NCBI RefSeq assembly: GCF_025526975.1 | Contig: NW_026515670.1 | Coordinates: 1,426,001 to 1,490,000 of the forward strand | From: Fimicolochytrium jonesii | Taxonomy: Eukaryota | Direction of reading: 5' to 3' | Length of the DNA stretch: 64,000 bases | In this document: in pieces, positions 1 through 12,727 of the stretch | Numbering within the stretch: the first letter of the stretch is position 1 | How the letters are laid out: each line of letters begins with the position of its first letter | Notes under the pieces: model-generated | What the model was told of the DNA's origin: nothing | The model's database searches: none | The model's input: the letters and a program-made list of their open reading frames with translations, nothing else | Position numbers and translations under genes: made by a program

Positions 1-3000
1 GACCAAGCCCGCCTTTACTGGTTTCTCCACAGGCACCGGCAGAAAGATGGCGGAGCCTTCAGGTGCCGCACGTGAGCGGGCACGCCTTATGGGACTCTAC
101 GATGGGATGCACAACAGTGCGGCATTAGACGAAACATCGGCGAAATCGTTTCAAGCCCCGGCCGAAACGCCCGTCCATCGTGAAGTCGCTGCGTTTCCTG
201 GTTTCTCGACGGGAACGGGAAGGCAAATGACTGAGCCGTCAGGTGCTGCTCGGGAGCGTGCCCGCCTCATGGGTTTTGTCGACGGTCCAGCGGAGACGAG
301 GACGGATGAAAGGGACGCCCTTGCAATCGTCGAAACACCCCGGCCAAAAATGGACGCTAGCTATGGATTCTCGAGCGGGAGCGGCAAGGCTCTTCCCAAG
401 ATTTCGGAAGCAGCGACGAGGAAAGCTCGTGCATTAGGTCTGTACCCGGAAGACGAAACTTTGATTGCGGACACAACTCCACAAGAGACGCCGTGTAGAC
501 CTTCGAGGCCATCCATGATGGGTTTCGCGTCGGGAACTGGAAAGGATTTGCCCAAATTGTCTTTGGAAGCTCAAGAAAAGGCGAAAGCAATGGGGTTTGC
601 AGAAAGCAACGGTTCCCGTGTGACCTTGGGATCTCCTGCAAACAGTGGTTTAGGCGCCCTTCGAAACGGAGCCGATCCGCAAAACCATGACGCCGTTGAT
701 AGATCCGGACTCGGTCGCATCACCTCGATGTCTTGTCCTTCGAAACGGAGACTGAATGGGGATACCAGCAACTTTCCACTTGCCGCTACGGCTCCGGTTT
801 CTCCCACTTCGCTCATGACCCCGCGCATGGCGAAATCCGGCCCTGTCGACCGAAATCGCAAGCCGTTCAGACCGTTGCGCCAGAAAGTGAAGCAAGTTGC
901 AGCGGTAACACCTGGGGACTCTGCGCTCGCGGCAAAGCCAACGACGCAACCACCCACTCGACGGGTGCTTTTCGACTTTACGGCTTCAGGAGAGCGGCAG
1001 AGCTTGCGCAAACGTGTGGATGCATCTTCGAAATCCGCCCTTGCACATAGTATACCGGCGGTCATTGCCTCGATTACATTACACACTGCTCATCTGCAGC
1101 GATTCGAGAAACATGACGGAGACACATGGGGATTGGATGATGCGAAGCTTTCTCTCGTGGAAGCAGGTGCCTCTCCAACGTTGCTGACGGACGAGTGGAT
1201 GCGGAATCATTATCAGCTAATTCTCTGGAATCTTGCCGGACTTGTCCGCTCGTTTCCGGATTTGATGGAACAGTTATGGCAGCCAGCTGCCGTCATCCAT
1301 CGACTTTGCTACCGATATGAGAGAGAGATCAACCGAGCTGAGCGCTCCGCCGTCAAGCTGATTGTCGAACGCGATAATGTTCCTGATCGATTCATGGTCC
1401 TATGCATCTCGCAAATCGCGCCGGAGCCGAGGAAGGCCACCAGTGTCTGGCACTTGGAGCTGACCGACGGCTGGTACACCATCAAAGCGAAGGCAGATGA
1501 GGTGTTGCTCGAAGCTATCCGGCAGAGGAAGCTTTTTTTGGGTATGAAAATCAGGGTTTGCGGTTCCCAGCTGGGAGGGCCGGCCAAACCATGTCCGGTG
1601 CTGGAAGTCACGGATAAGACACACCTCGTACTCAGTGCAAACGGGACGAGACGAGCACCGTGGGATGCACTCCTGGGTTATCAGCGACCAAGAAGTTTTG
1701 TGATATCCTTGCGACACCTGTCTGCCGACGGCGGGCTTGTGCCGGCGATCGACGTAATTATTTGTCGGAGGTATCCTATGCGGTATTACGAGAAGAGCGC
1801 GGATGGAGTTGGCGTCGTGCGAACGCAGAAAGAGGAGGAAGAGGCGGCCGCGCGTTGGCAGGTACGAAGAGTCTGCTCCAATCGTCGTCAACATATGTGT
1901 TACGTCCTCACTCGAAAGGTTCGCTACAGAAACATTACAGTTCAGCGATGCAGGAGATTGCGGGTCAACTCGAAAAAGAAGCCGGGAAATCGGAAACCAG
2001 AAGTGCACAGAACCTTACAGGCCGAGGTAGGCACGGCAGAATTAATCTGACCACTTAACGCCCTTTAATTTTGTGAACTTGTGCAGTAGCGCTGTCCGAA
2101 ATCCAAGATGGCGAGGAGTTGCACGAACACGCCAAAGCTTTTGGGAACCACGCCGAATTCATCTCCAAGCTCGAAACCGATCAACGCCATGCGCTGGAAG
2201 ACGCGATGCGAGAATCTCACGAAAAGCAGCGTGCACAGCTTTCTGAGGACCTTCGAGAACAACTGGAGACGGTTGCACCGCCGCGAAATGTGATTACGTT
2301 CTTGACGTTTCGCGTCTGCGATTACCCACCGGATGGGATTCCACGGGAGAAAACGGGTCAATCGATGCTGACGATATGGGGTCCCGACGAAGGATTGCTG
2401 GCACGCCTCGTTGAAGGCAAGCGATTCAAGATTTTCAACCTCATACCGAAAGAGAACAGTCGTGACAAGCTCTGCCCGGTCTACCTGAGAGCGCAACGCA
2501 ATACGCAATATGTGGAGCTGCCAAGTCGACCGCAAAGGGTGGAACAAACCTTGTATTCTCCCAGAGTGTATACTACATGCGCCAAGTCGAGTCCGCTCCC
2601 GAGTACGGAGGAGATCGATCTCGTTCTTGTTGTGATTGGTACGTGCACCCCAGATCCTTGTAGCTATTGCCACTGCTCTCATCATTGGCTCCAGACATCG
2701 GTGATCCCTCTCAACATGTGTTTGGCACCGGGACGGCCCGATACGAGACGAACTTGATATGCACAAATGAGCATGGAGAATTTGTCGTGGTGGAAATCAT
2801 CTCCAAAACCCCGACAGTGGTGAGATTCAAGGTATGGCACGGTGTGGTGTGGACGAGCGACGTTGAGACCCTCGTCCTCACATCACCATAGCCATGGTCG
2901 ATTCTATTCTGCAGAAACCTGGAGTACATGGGCTACGATCCCGGCTGCGACGCGTACAAGTTGAAAGCCGCAGGCAACGCAGAGCTGCTCCTATCTGACC

Positions 3001-4196
3001 GCTCTACGATGGGACAAAAGCTGAAGCAGTCCTTGACAGATTACATCGAAACGTATGATTCGCTGCATGCATGAGATATATAACGGTGCTGCACCACTCA
3101 CACCATCATCGCAGAAACGAAGGCAACATCAGACAAGAAGCCGCAGCACGCAGGTTTCTAATCCAACCCAAATCGGGAGTCAACGTGACGTACCATACTT
3201 CCCCACCGCAGCGATCAGTGAAGGATGCCATCCGGGCGGATATCAAATTTGAGCGGCCGCCGGTCATACCGCATCGCATCAATGGATACGTGTACCCGTT
3301 CGAATGGATCGAGAGGACTGTGTTGCATGGGCAGACCGGGACGCCCGCATCCATTCTCTTGTCACTGACGCAGAACATACCAACCGACGTCGACAAATCG
3401 AGTATGTATTCCCCCGATGTAGGACCAGATGTCTTCACAGAGATCGCACTCGACGACGGCGTCCAGATCCACCACGTCCGCATCCCACCGTCTATCTTGC
3501 GCAATATGTTCCACGACTCCTCGTGCCTTACCATCTTCGAAGCCATGACCGCCCCACATCCGCTCGAAGAGGACGGCACCGTGCCGTCTTTGCAGGGCGC
3601 CCTTACGCGACAAAGGGCTAACCGTCTCTCCCACTCCCACGACGGACAGCTCAATCCGGCCACACTCATCAAGACCCTATCTTCAGCGCGCATCATGGCC
3701 GACCCGGCCATCAACGAATTTCTAGACGCCTGGACGATGCGGAATGGGAAGACGAAGGACACGTTGAGTGAGGCTGATATGGAAACGTTCGTTGCGGACT
3801 CGTTGTATGGTGGACACGGTCCCAGTCCCGCGGATAATGATGACGGCGTCGTGTTCTGTTGGACGGAATGGCGGGATTTGTGTCGGGTTGTGTCGCAGGA
3901 ACTGGGGGAGAATCGGGTTGAGGTAAAGCGAAGTGAAGCGCTGGTTTTATCACGAGCTATGTAAAGTGATCGGGAAGACTGATACCCGATTACTATTCTT
4001 TTTCTTGGCTGTATTGTAGATCAATGTAAGATCCGAGGCCGGGGTCCTGGTCGCGGAAGAGATCTCGACGCCGAGGGTTTTGGAACAGGTGCAGGGGCTG
4101 CTTTCTTCGCTGTCGCACATGCAGTATAACGTGTGCCCCCAGGCCGCGAGTGTAGTCCATGTATCGTACATACGGCTTATGTCTGTAGAGCGGTAG
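1..4196 (+). CDS. BRCA2: BRCA2/Brh2-like recombination mediator, 5' end outside window, multi-exon
   Basis: Four BRC-like repeats (GFSTGTGRKM, GFSTGTGRQM, GFSSGSGKAL, GFASGTGKDL). Helical/OB1 motifs WMRNHYQLILW, YRYEREI, LELTDGWY, NGTRRAPWDALLG, GGLVPAIDVIICRRYP. In-frame introns at about 1862-1929, 2027-2088, 2639-2693, 2832-2891 and 3052-3114. The last exon (4020-4196, via donor 3923) is tentative; the alternative stop is at 3964. Confidence 0.92.
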
Positions 4197-4534
4197 ACTG
4201 ATTGATACTTTTTGGTTGTTGGAGAATGAAAATCTGGTAACAGGGATGTTCGCAGCATTGGATCTTCCGGACATTATTCCCATTGAATCTGGAGAACGTA
4301 AATAGAGCGCCGATTTCAGAGCAAGAGAAACGGAAAATTTGTATTCGGAAATATATATACATCAAGGGAAAAAAAAAAAGCCGATGGAAATTCGTCAGTC
4401 CGCCAAGAGGAGTGGGTATACAAGAGTTGCTATAATATAAAGACGTCGATCCCCGTGTGCCTGTCGATATGTCCTGAGCGCCGACCCCGAGAAAGGCGCG
4501 AAATTCAGTTACGCCGGCAGGGAGGTGTCGAGGT

Positions 4535-6946
4535 TCACCCATTTACGATTTTATCACTACAGCGAGGACAGGAAGGGATGGATGTGAGTATATACCGCCC
4601 AGGCGCGGATTGTAAGGAAAGGACCGAGACTTACCGATACTCCTCAATATTCTCATGCGTCAATACAACCAATTCGCGCTTCGTGAGCGGTTTCTTCGTC
4701 AGCGGGCATATGTTCTTGCGGTCTTCGGAGCCTAGGCAGCGGATCCAGCTGTCATAGCTGTGTCGCGGTATCCACCAAAAAAAGAGGGATCGTCAATAAA
4801 AAATCACCCCAACTCTCCACCCAGAAAAACACCCACAACCCCAAAAACACGCACCTCATAACATGCCCAAAAGGCGAAATAGCCGGCTTCACAACCTCCT
4901 CCAAACTAATCGGGTCCGTAAACCCCGGCAACGGGTTCTCGGTCCCCTCATTCGGGTCCGCTTCCGCCGCTTCCAATCGTGCACGGGTACGGCGCGTGGT
5001 GGCCCAGGAGACTTTACACGTGAAGTTGCCCGAATCGTCCTGGTCAAATAGATCGTCGACGTTCCCGTCATCGGCGTCGTCGTCGTCTGAATCATCGTTG
5101 TTTCGGTTGCGGCGTTTACGTTTTTTGACAGTGGAGGAGGATGATGTGGTGCGTTGGGTTTTGACGCCGCCCGAGCCGTGTTTGGAGTGGTGGCGGATGA
5201 CGCCTTCGCCGCCGTCCTTTTTGCCAAAGAGGTACCGGAGCTCGCCTTTGGCATCGATAAGGTAGTTGGGGTCAACTATCTCGCCGGATTTGAGCAGGCC
5301 GCGGTAGAAGTTGGAACACTGATGGCGGAAATGTAAGCAGATGTTGCCCACGTACATTCCAGCTGAACACCAGTACCTGGTATCCCACACGCCCGGGAAT
5401 CGTCTGCGAGAAAATACCCCATTGTCCATCCGCTCCCATCTCGTCCAGCCGTTTGAAGAACAACGTCCTCTCCTCCTATAGAAGCCCAAGAGATGTCAAC
5501 TCCGGATCGTTTTTTGAGCGGGTTACATAATGCCTGTACACCCACTTTCGTCCAAACACCGTTCCTCTGCTTCTCCCCCGGGGCATTAAATCGATAATAG
5601 TACGAATTCGGCTTCGTCTTAATCTGTTGGTAGGCTCTCACACGCGCGTCGCTCCATCCCTCAAAGACTTTGGAAGGGTCATGGCCTGCTTCCAATTGAC
5701 TGAGAGCTTCGTCTAGCCGCAGTCGAGAGTATTTGATGCATCGCCTAGATCAATGATTGTGACCGTGAGTGACTGACTCTTCCTGATGCACTCAAGGGCG
5801 CTATCTCTCTCTCTCTCGGTCTCACTTTTTGGCATCCTCGGCAGTCGTTTTCTTCACTGCCTTCTTTCGCTTTTCCATCAGTCGGTCATATGCCTGTTGC
5901 TGTTCCTCCGTGAGCCCAACTTGAAAAGAGGAGATAAATCTTAGTACTCGCCACCTTTGCTGAATGAACCCTAATATCTGTCACCAACCTTCTTGCTGTG
6001 CTGTCTGATACTTGAGCGCCATTTGCTTCCGCAAAGTCGTCAAGTATTGCGGCTTGGTGAAATTGAGTATGGTGGTATCCTACATAACGCGAGCCTTGAG
6101 CTTCCGCATATCCACACGAGTTTTTCTGCAAAGGCGGTCCTAACCTCGTCATCCTTGGCATCCGCCAAGGCCTCAGCAATCTCCTCCGGCTTCAAAAACT
6201 CAAACATGCTTCGGACCTTGTCCACCTTCCGTGCGACTTCTCGGCGTTGATATTCTTGAAACTATGATCTGACGTGAGCTTCCCGAATGACGCACCCACA
6301 CTTGACTGCAATCTTACGCGTCGCTGTTGCAATGCCACCCGTTGTTGAATGATGCTCATCTCTTCCTCAGTAACCTCGTCGTCAAAAACGCGCTCCTTTC
6401 TCACTGTTTGGATGGAGTCGCTGATGGGAGAGTATCAGTGCATTCGTCAGCGGAGGGCTGCGTCGAGGTGCGCGTACTAACTTTTCGTTGGAAAGCTCCT
6501 GGATGGTGTCTCTCAAACCCAAAGTATCCTCCCCTCTTTCGCGCCGTTCCATCTTTTCGCGCCATTGGTTGCGCAGGGCTTCCTAAAGAAAGGTCAAAGT
6601 TTCAATGGCGGCGTCGGTTGAGCGCGGATGATGAGAGTACAACTAACCAAGACTGTCGGGGGAGAGTCCTTTTCATCAATAGCCGCCCGCCCCTTTGCGT
6701 CCTGGCGCCTTCCTCGGGTCCGGGCAGGCACAGCTTCGAAGTAGGCAAGAAGGTTGAGTTCAGTGCTCAGTCCGTGGGAAAATGACTGACGCGGGGAGTA
6801 AACTGCGAACCTTCGGGATAGAACTTTGTTACTTTGACTTCCTGCTGTTCCTCAGCAGCGGGGTCTTCTGCGGCAGTCGTCGCCGCCGCCGCAGCAGCTC
6901 TTGCCGACGAACGCCCACGAGGCGAAGCCACACTATCGCTTGCCAT
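4535..6946 (-). CDS. Uncharacterised protein with CUE/UBA-like helix, Myb/SANT-like domain and C-terminal U-box-like domain (multi-exon)
   Basis: Spliced reading from MASDSVAS (6946) to RDKIVNG* (4535). Motifs: VRSMFEFLKPEEIAEAL; YYYRFNAPGEKQRNGVWT...QWGIFSQTIPGRVGYQCSNFYR (Myb-like); FTDPISLEEVVKPAISPFGHVM...WIRCL...CPLTKKPL (U-box-like). Confidence 0.7.
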
Positions 6947-7576
6947 GGCGTCAAAGGCTACACTCAAGACTGAACAGACACACTACGAACGCCGGAGAAC
7001 TGCGAACTTCTGCGACGAGGGGTTTCGCCGAAGCTGGTGGAGGGAGATGCGCTGTTGGTTTCCCTTTCTGTGCAGTATTGCTGAGTGGGGCGGGAGGGTT
7101 GAGAGTGCTCACGAAGGTCGAACGTGGACTGGAAGCGCAGGACGTGAGGATTCCCCGGAAGGGTGTCCGACAATGGAGTGGGGCGTCCGTCCGGACATGC
7201 GCACGCTAACAGGAGAACACGACGGAGCGGACGCCTTTCGACAGCAGATCCGTTCATTGGAGAGGCCGACACGTTACATACGCATACATAGATGGGAATC
7301 GATAGATGAGGTAGTAGGTTGTAGGCTATCATAGAGCTCTTCCTACTCTCCCCTTCGTTAGACTTGGATCCGCTCTGCAGTGATATGAACCTGCATTACA
7401 AAAAAGTTCCAACGTTCATTCTCACTGATGCCTAACAGTGCGTTTCTATATACATTGAAAACAGAGACTGCCTCAGCCTGTGAAGCTACAAAACGCAATC
7501 TACATGCAAAAAAGACCCCCTACCAATAAATTACTCTACCCCAACCTCTCCACGCCTGCCAAACCATCCCACTTCT

Positions 7577-8367
7577 CTAAACAAGATGCTCCTCATCCCT
7601 CAAATACTCCCCAACATCCGCCTGATGAAACACGGTGATCGTCGTCGGATCCAGTTTCCTACAATCCTGCGTTGACCGCGCCGTAACGCCAAACCCAAGT
7701 GGAACATCCCCCATCGAGTAAATCACCACGCCCTGGTGCTCCGGCGTGTCTTCGGTGATACGGCCCAGGTGCGCTTTCAGGATGTGGTTGCCGTAGAGGA
7801 AGGGCATCTCGCCGTTGGGTTTTACCCAGACTTTGTACTGGTAGAGGGGAAGGGGTGATGTTAGTGGGAGAAAATAGGGTATTGGGTTTTGAGTGGGTAT
7901 AGCTTCATAAGGGAGTATACCTTTGCGTATTGCGCCAGGTAGTCCAGCGCTGTGATATGCAGCTTGAATTTCAAAGTTTTTGTAAATTTGCCGAAACACA
8001 CTCCTAGGGTGAGCAGGTTGTCCCGTCCGACGGACGTCGCTCGTTTCATAATTGCCTCACTAAAGACAGGGTTGCGGGCCTTCATTAGTATGCCCTCTGC
8101 AGTGCCCGAACCCACCAACGCTCAAAAAGCGCACCTGACATAGAAGACCCTGTCCCGCTGTAACCTAAAGCAGTGTGGGTCGTCTGCCCTGTCTATCAGG
8201 TGCACAATGTTACGCCCAATGCTGCGAGGAGGGGACAAGAGGAAAAGTCATTCCAATTTAGTCATAGGCGAAAGACCTGCCGCAAGACCGGTGTGGCTGG
8301 TGAAAACTTACTATTTGGCGAGCTTCTCGAAGAATATCTTCGTTTCTTCTTCTGTTAAGGGTCTCAT
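7577..8367 (-). CDS. NIP7: 60S ribosome biogenesis protein Nip7
   Basis: [97 protein letters not shown]. Confidence 0.97.
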
Positions 8368-8946
8368 GTTTGGCGGGAGTCTTTCGTGGAGGAGTGGGTT
8401 GTGCCGTTGGGGGGGTTTGCAGTCTGTAAAGTTTTGCAATGCAAGCCAAGTGCGAAGCCCATGCGACGGAGCAGCGTGCGCCACATCTGCGCTTACGAGA
8501 GGAAGGGGGTCTGTTGTCCCTCTCACGCGTCGGACGGAAGCGACAGCTGCCGAACTCCGCCCAGCACAAGCAGCACAGGTTGTGCAAAAGGCTCGAGGGA
8601 GGATTGTTGTTCCGCCCTTTTCGTCCATCCAATCTTCCAACGTCACTCTCGATCTCATCCTCGCCATCTCCCCCAGCATCTCCCCCAGCATCTCATACCA
8701 CTGAATGGGGTTAACTACATCCGTCAACAAATTCGACGCATAATGTTATTTCGATAAGCTTCAAAACCAAATATGATATATGTAGTACTGTGATGTACAT
8801 TTTTACACGTCAAACACTAAGGCTGGCTTCCCATATATGCTTTTACTCTAGGATAAGTTACATAGCAACCGTGGACAACGCACACAAATACATACAGTAC
8901 ACAGTTTTGTACAGAAAACCCCGGTGTCCTCATCCCAGAAACCCAA

Positions 8947-10682
8947 TCACATCCACCACACACCGCACCCAATCCCAAAAATCATCAACACCCACCGTCC
9001 ATAAACCCCCTCCCCTCTCCCCACCACCCCACTACTCTCCGCCCTAAGTTCAAAAGCCCCATACGGCATCCACAACCTCGCCGTCTCCCACCTCCCCCCA
9101 CCCTGCCCCCGCACCACCGCATCCCTATACCTCCCCTCTCCCCACACAACCCACGCGACCCCCACCATTCCCCAAAACTGGGCCCCAACACTAAACGTCT
9201 CATTCGGCCCCGTCGGCCACCCGGTCCCGTTCGCCAACGCATACGGGAGCAGAAAATCCAACGCGCCACGAATGGATCGGTTGTCGGTGGTTGTCACCGA
9301 GAAGAGAGAGGGGAGCGGCGGGTTGTTGAGGGTGAGGAGGCCGAGGGTGAAGAGGGAGGAGAGATAGGACACGGAGTTCTGCCATGTGTCCGCGCCGCCG
9401 GATGTCAGTGCAGACGCGACACGGCCGTCGGGCCCGATCGCCCCCGTGACTCTCGGGATCGTGGTGTTCCGCACGTATGTGTCGGCTTCGGCGGTGCGGT
9501 TGAGGAAGAGGAGGAGGGCGAGGTGTTGGATGTCGGTGTTGAGGCCGCGGATGGAGGGTTGGGATTGTTCGGCGACGGCTCGGGGTGACGTGAGCAGCCA
9601 GGAGTGGTAGGTTGTGAACCAGGTTGTGAGGGCGGGGAGGAGGGGGGTGATTGAGGACGTCGGGGAGAGGAGGAGGATGGCGTCGAGGAGGAGGTGGAGG
9701 GATGTGAAGGCTGTAAGGGAGTTGGGAGGAGGGGGTGTTAGATATAGGGATGTCATGACTCGGGGATTATGACATTCATACCTTCCAGGCCAGTCATAAT
9801 CGGCGCCGGCGGTGTCCATCCAGCAGCAGCGGGTGTCGCAGCAGCCGCGGGAGGAGTTGCAACCGCACTCGGCGTCGATGTCACATCCTGCCGCTTTCGC
9901 ACCTCCCTCCTCCCCTTCGCTCCATTGAACTCATCCACCAACCCCGCATCAACAACACTCAAGTCCATCCCCGTAGCCAAATCCGTCAAATTATTACCCC
10001 CTACCCCCACCGTCCCATTCCTCCCACCCACCGTCCCATTCCCCCCACCCACACTACTCCTCCCGACCACCCAATTATCCCACTCCAACCCTACCGCAGC
10101 ATTCATCCTCGTCCCCTCCTCAACAAACCAAACGCGCAACCGCTCCCCCGCCATCCCACTAAACCGCTCATCCCTTGTCCAAAACCACGCCAGCGCGCCC
10201 GTCCACACGCTCTCGATCACGGCATCCAGCGAGGCCCGGTCGTTGGGGAGGGACGTTGAGGAAGGGTTGATTTGGCCGGGGCGGGGGATGTAGGGGAGGC
10301 CGAAGGGAGTGGCGGGGTCAGGCCAGTAGTATTTTGCGAGGGAGAAGTAGTCGTGGGGGTCGCCTGAGGGCGCGATCCGTGCGGTGGTGTTGTTATCGGT
10401 TGTGGAATGGGTCATTTTGTTCATGACGGTGTAGGTGGTGGGATCAGCGATCCACCCCTCGGCGAGACGCACGACGTGGTTGATGGCGGGGTTGAGGTCG
10501 GAGCCTTCACCGGAAAGGTAAAGTAGGCGGTTGCGGTAGAGGTCGCGGGCGGAGATGTAGTTTGTTGTTAGGGAGTCGGGGAGGAGGGGGAGGGGGTACG
10601 TTGACCCCTGCGTTGGCGGGTGGGGAAGGAGGAGGAGGAGGAGGAGGAGTGGGATGAGCAGTCTGGGCGTTGGTTGGGGCAT
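8947..10682 (-). CDS. Secreted/membrane-anchored alginate-lyase-fold (PL5-like) protein, catalytic motifs degenerate
   Basis: Signal peptide (MPQPTPRLLIPLLLLLLL); APSGDPHDYFSLAKYYWPDP...PYIPRPGQINP; LRVWF...TRMN; RSIRGALDFLLPY; hydrophobic C-terminus; intron at about 9712-9778. Confidence 0.8.
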
Positions 10683-11126
10683 GGTGGTGGTGGAGCAGTT
10701 GTGCTGGTGAGAGCGGCGGAGATCTTGTGTCGGCGGGTTCTCTGGACAAAGAATCGGTTGCAATACCACACCGAATCCGGGCCGGTTTTTGCGCGCTGAA
10801 AGTTGAGACGAATTCAACTCTCTGAGGATGGGCGACTCCAATTTGCCAAGATGAGCTCGTGCGCCAAGATGAGACGCTGTTGGGGATAGTACGTTTGCGT
10901 AGAGGGGAGAGCGACGGGCGATGGCTGGGCGTCTGCGAGAAGCCGACGCGTTCTAAGCAAGAGCGAAAAGAACGTCTGGACGCGTTTGGACTCGCCCCCT
11001 CGTCATCGGCGTCCTCCCCGTCGTATAAGATATCCCTCTCCCCTCATCGTTTGACGTTCACCCCTCCCCCATATACACCCCACCCCACGGCAGGATACCC
11101 ATACCGCTCACCCCTACTCAAACAAG

Positions 11127-12376
11127 ATGGTCCTGATAACCCTCAAAAAAGCCGAAGAATCGCTCTTCCTCTTTGAAGCCCCAGCGACATCTCCGCTCAG
11201 CGAGCTTGTCCCGCAACTCGCCAAGCTCCAGAACTACCGACTCAGGCTCAGGCGGCTTATCGACGGTAAACTACTCCTTCTTTTGGCAACACACCCTTTT
11301 GGCCTCCTTCTTTTGGATACTAATTGTTCATATCAAACAGCCGCAGAAGATCTGATCGAGTACGGCCCGCTGAAACCCGACGACCAGCATGGCTACGATG
11401 AAGATCAGCTGGAGGCGCTGTCGAAGGAGAAGCCGGCCACACCGCCTTTGAAGCAGGAGGTGGAGAGGGATGGGAGGAAGGTGTTGCTGAACCCGGATCC
11501 GACTGGGAGGCGGACTGGTGAAGGTACGGGGAGTTGGGAGCTTACCCGGGGGTGCAGTTTTTTTGCGGGACCCGGAGCGCTGATGGGAGCCCGGTGTGAA
11601 TCTTCGTTACGCAGCGCCGACGGAGGATATGGCAGAGATCATCCAAAAGACATTGACGAATGCCAAGGCGTGTCTATCACAAGTACGTATCTTCATCCCA
11701 AGATCATATTGCCATCAAACTCCCGCCTAACCCCGAGACTCGCTCCCCAGGATCTAGTGAAATCCAACAAATGCCTCACATTCCCAGACCTCGACGAAGC
11801 ATTCTCCAACATCCGCGGCGCAGTAGCGATCGTCTGGCCGATGGGGCTGCCTGAATGGGAACCGGTACGGGAGATATTGGAGGATAAGGAGGATTTAACG
11901 GGGACTGCTGTGAGTAGACGCGACGGAGGGGGAGGTCGTACAGCTGAGGGGGCAATTCTGACACATCATAATCAGGCATCAAAGGAAGTAATCGACATCG
12001 ACACCGCCTCCCTCTGGTGGGCCGGCAAAGAGCTCCAGCGCGAAAAGAAACTCGTCGACTACGTCGGCAAAAACGACAAGACCAAAATCATCGTCAAGAT
12101 CCAAAAGGTAACATGCCCCCTCCCTCTTCCGCCCCCCACCCCTCTCCCGTATACTCACACCCATCACAGAAAGGCCAAGGCCCACCCCTCCGCGAAGCGC
12201 CCCTCAGCGAACAACAGCAAAAGGACATGATGGCCTACTACTACCGCAAGCAGGAGGAGCACAAGAAACTGGCGGAGAATGATGAGGATGACTATGTGAA
12301 TTCGGCGTGGGCGAATACTAAGGCGCTCAAGTCGGCTTTTAGTGGGGTCGGGAATGTCTCGTGGAGGCCTACGTAG
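11127..12376 (+). CDS. CFAP298: Cilia- and flagella-associated protein 298 (C21orf59/Kurly)
   Basis: MVLITLKKAEESLFLFE; DPTGRRTG; IRGAVAIVWPMGLPEWEPVR; LWWAGKELQREKKLVDYVGKNDKTKIIVKIQK; MMAYYYRKQEEHKKL. Confidence 0.95.
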
Positions 12377-12727
12377 GGGAGATTGGGCGTGTGTTTTGAG
12401 GTGGTGGGGTATTTATGTATCTTGGGATGTAATGGATTCGATAACGCCTATATGCCAACAGCTTTGGAAACCAAGAAGACAAATGGATCCATGTATGTAC
12501 AGCCAATCGGAGCTCGAAAGACGGATGTCTCTACACGTACACTTCGCAGCACCTACCTCACCCGCGACCCTCATTTACGCGTCTCATCCCAGGAACATTG
12601 GACAAGATGGAAAGCGATGGAAGACGCGCGAACCTTACGCGTGAGGGGGGACTCAGCCCGTGAGAACATAAATCCGCCCTTCTCCTCCGCCCCGTTTCTC
12701 ACAACACAACCGCTTCAACCACCAAAG

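Noticed and set aside
8664..8693. Short tandem CATCTCCCCCAG repeat
   Set aside because: Only 2-3 units in intergenic DNA; no spacers, so not CRISPR-like.
10944..10987. Two ACGCGT (MCB-like) sites between the lyase-like gene and CFAP298
   Set aside because: A 6-mer that is common in GC-rich DNA and occurs elsewhere in the window; no functional support.
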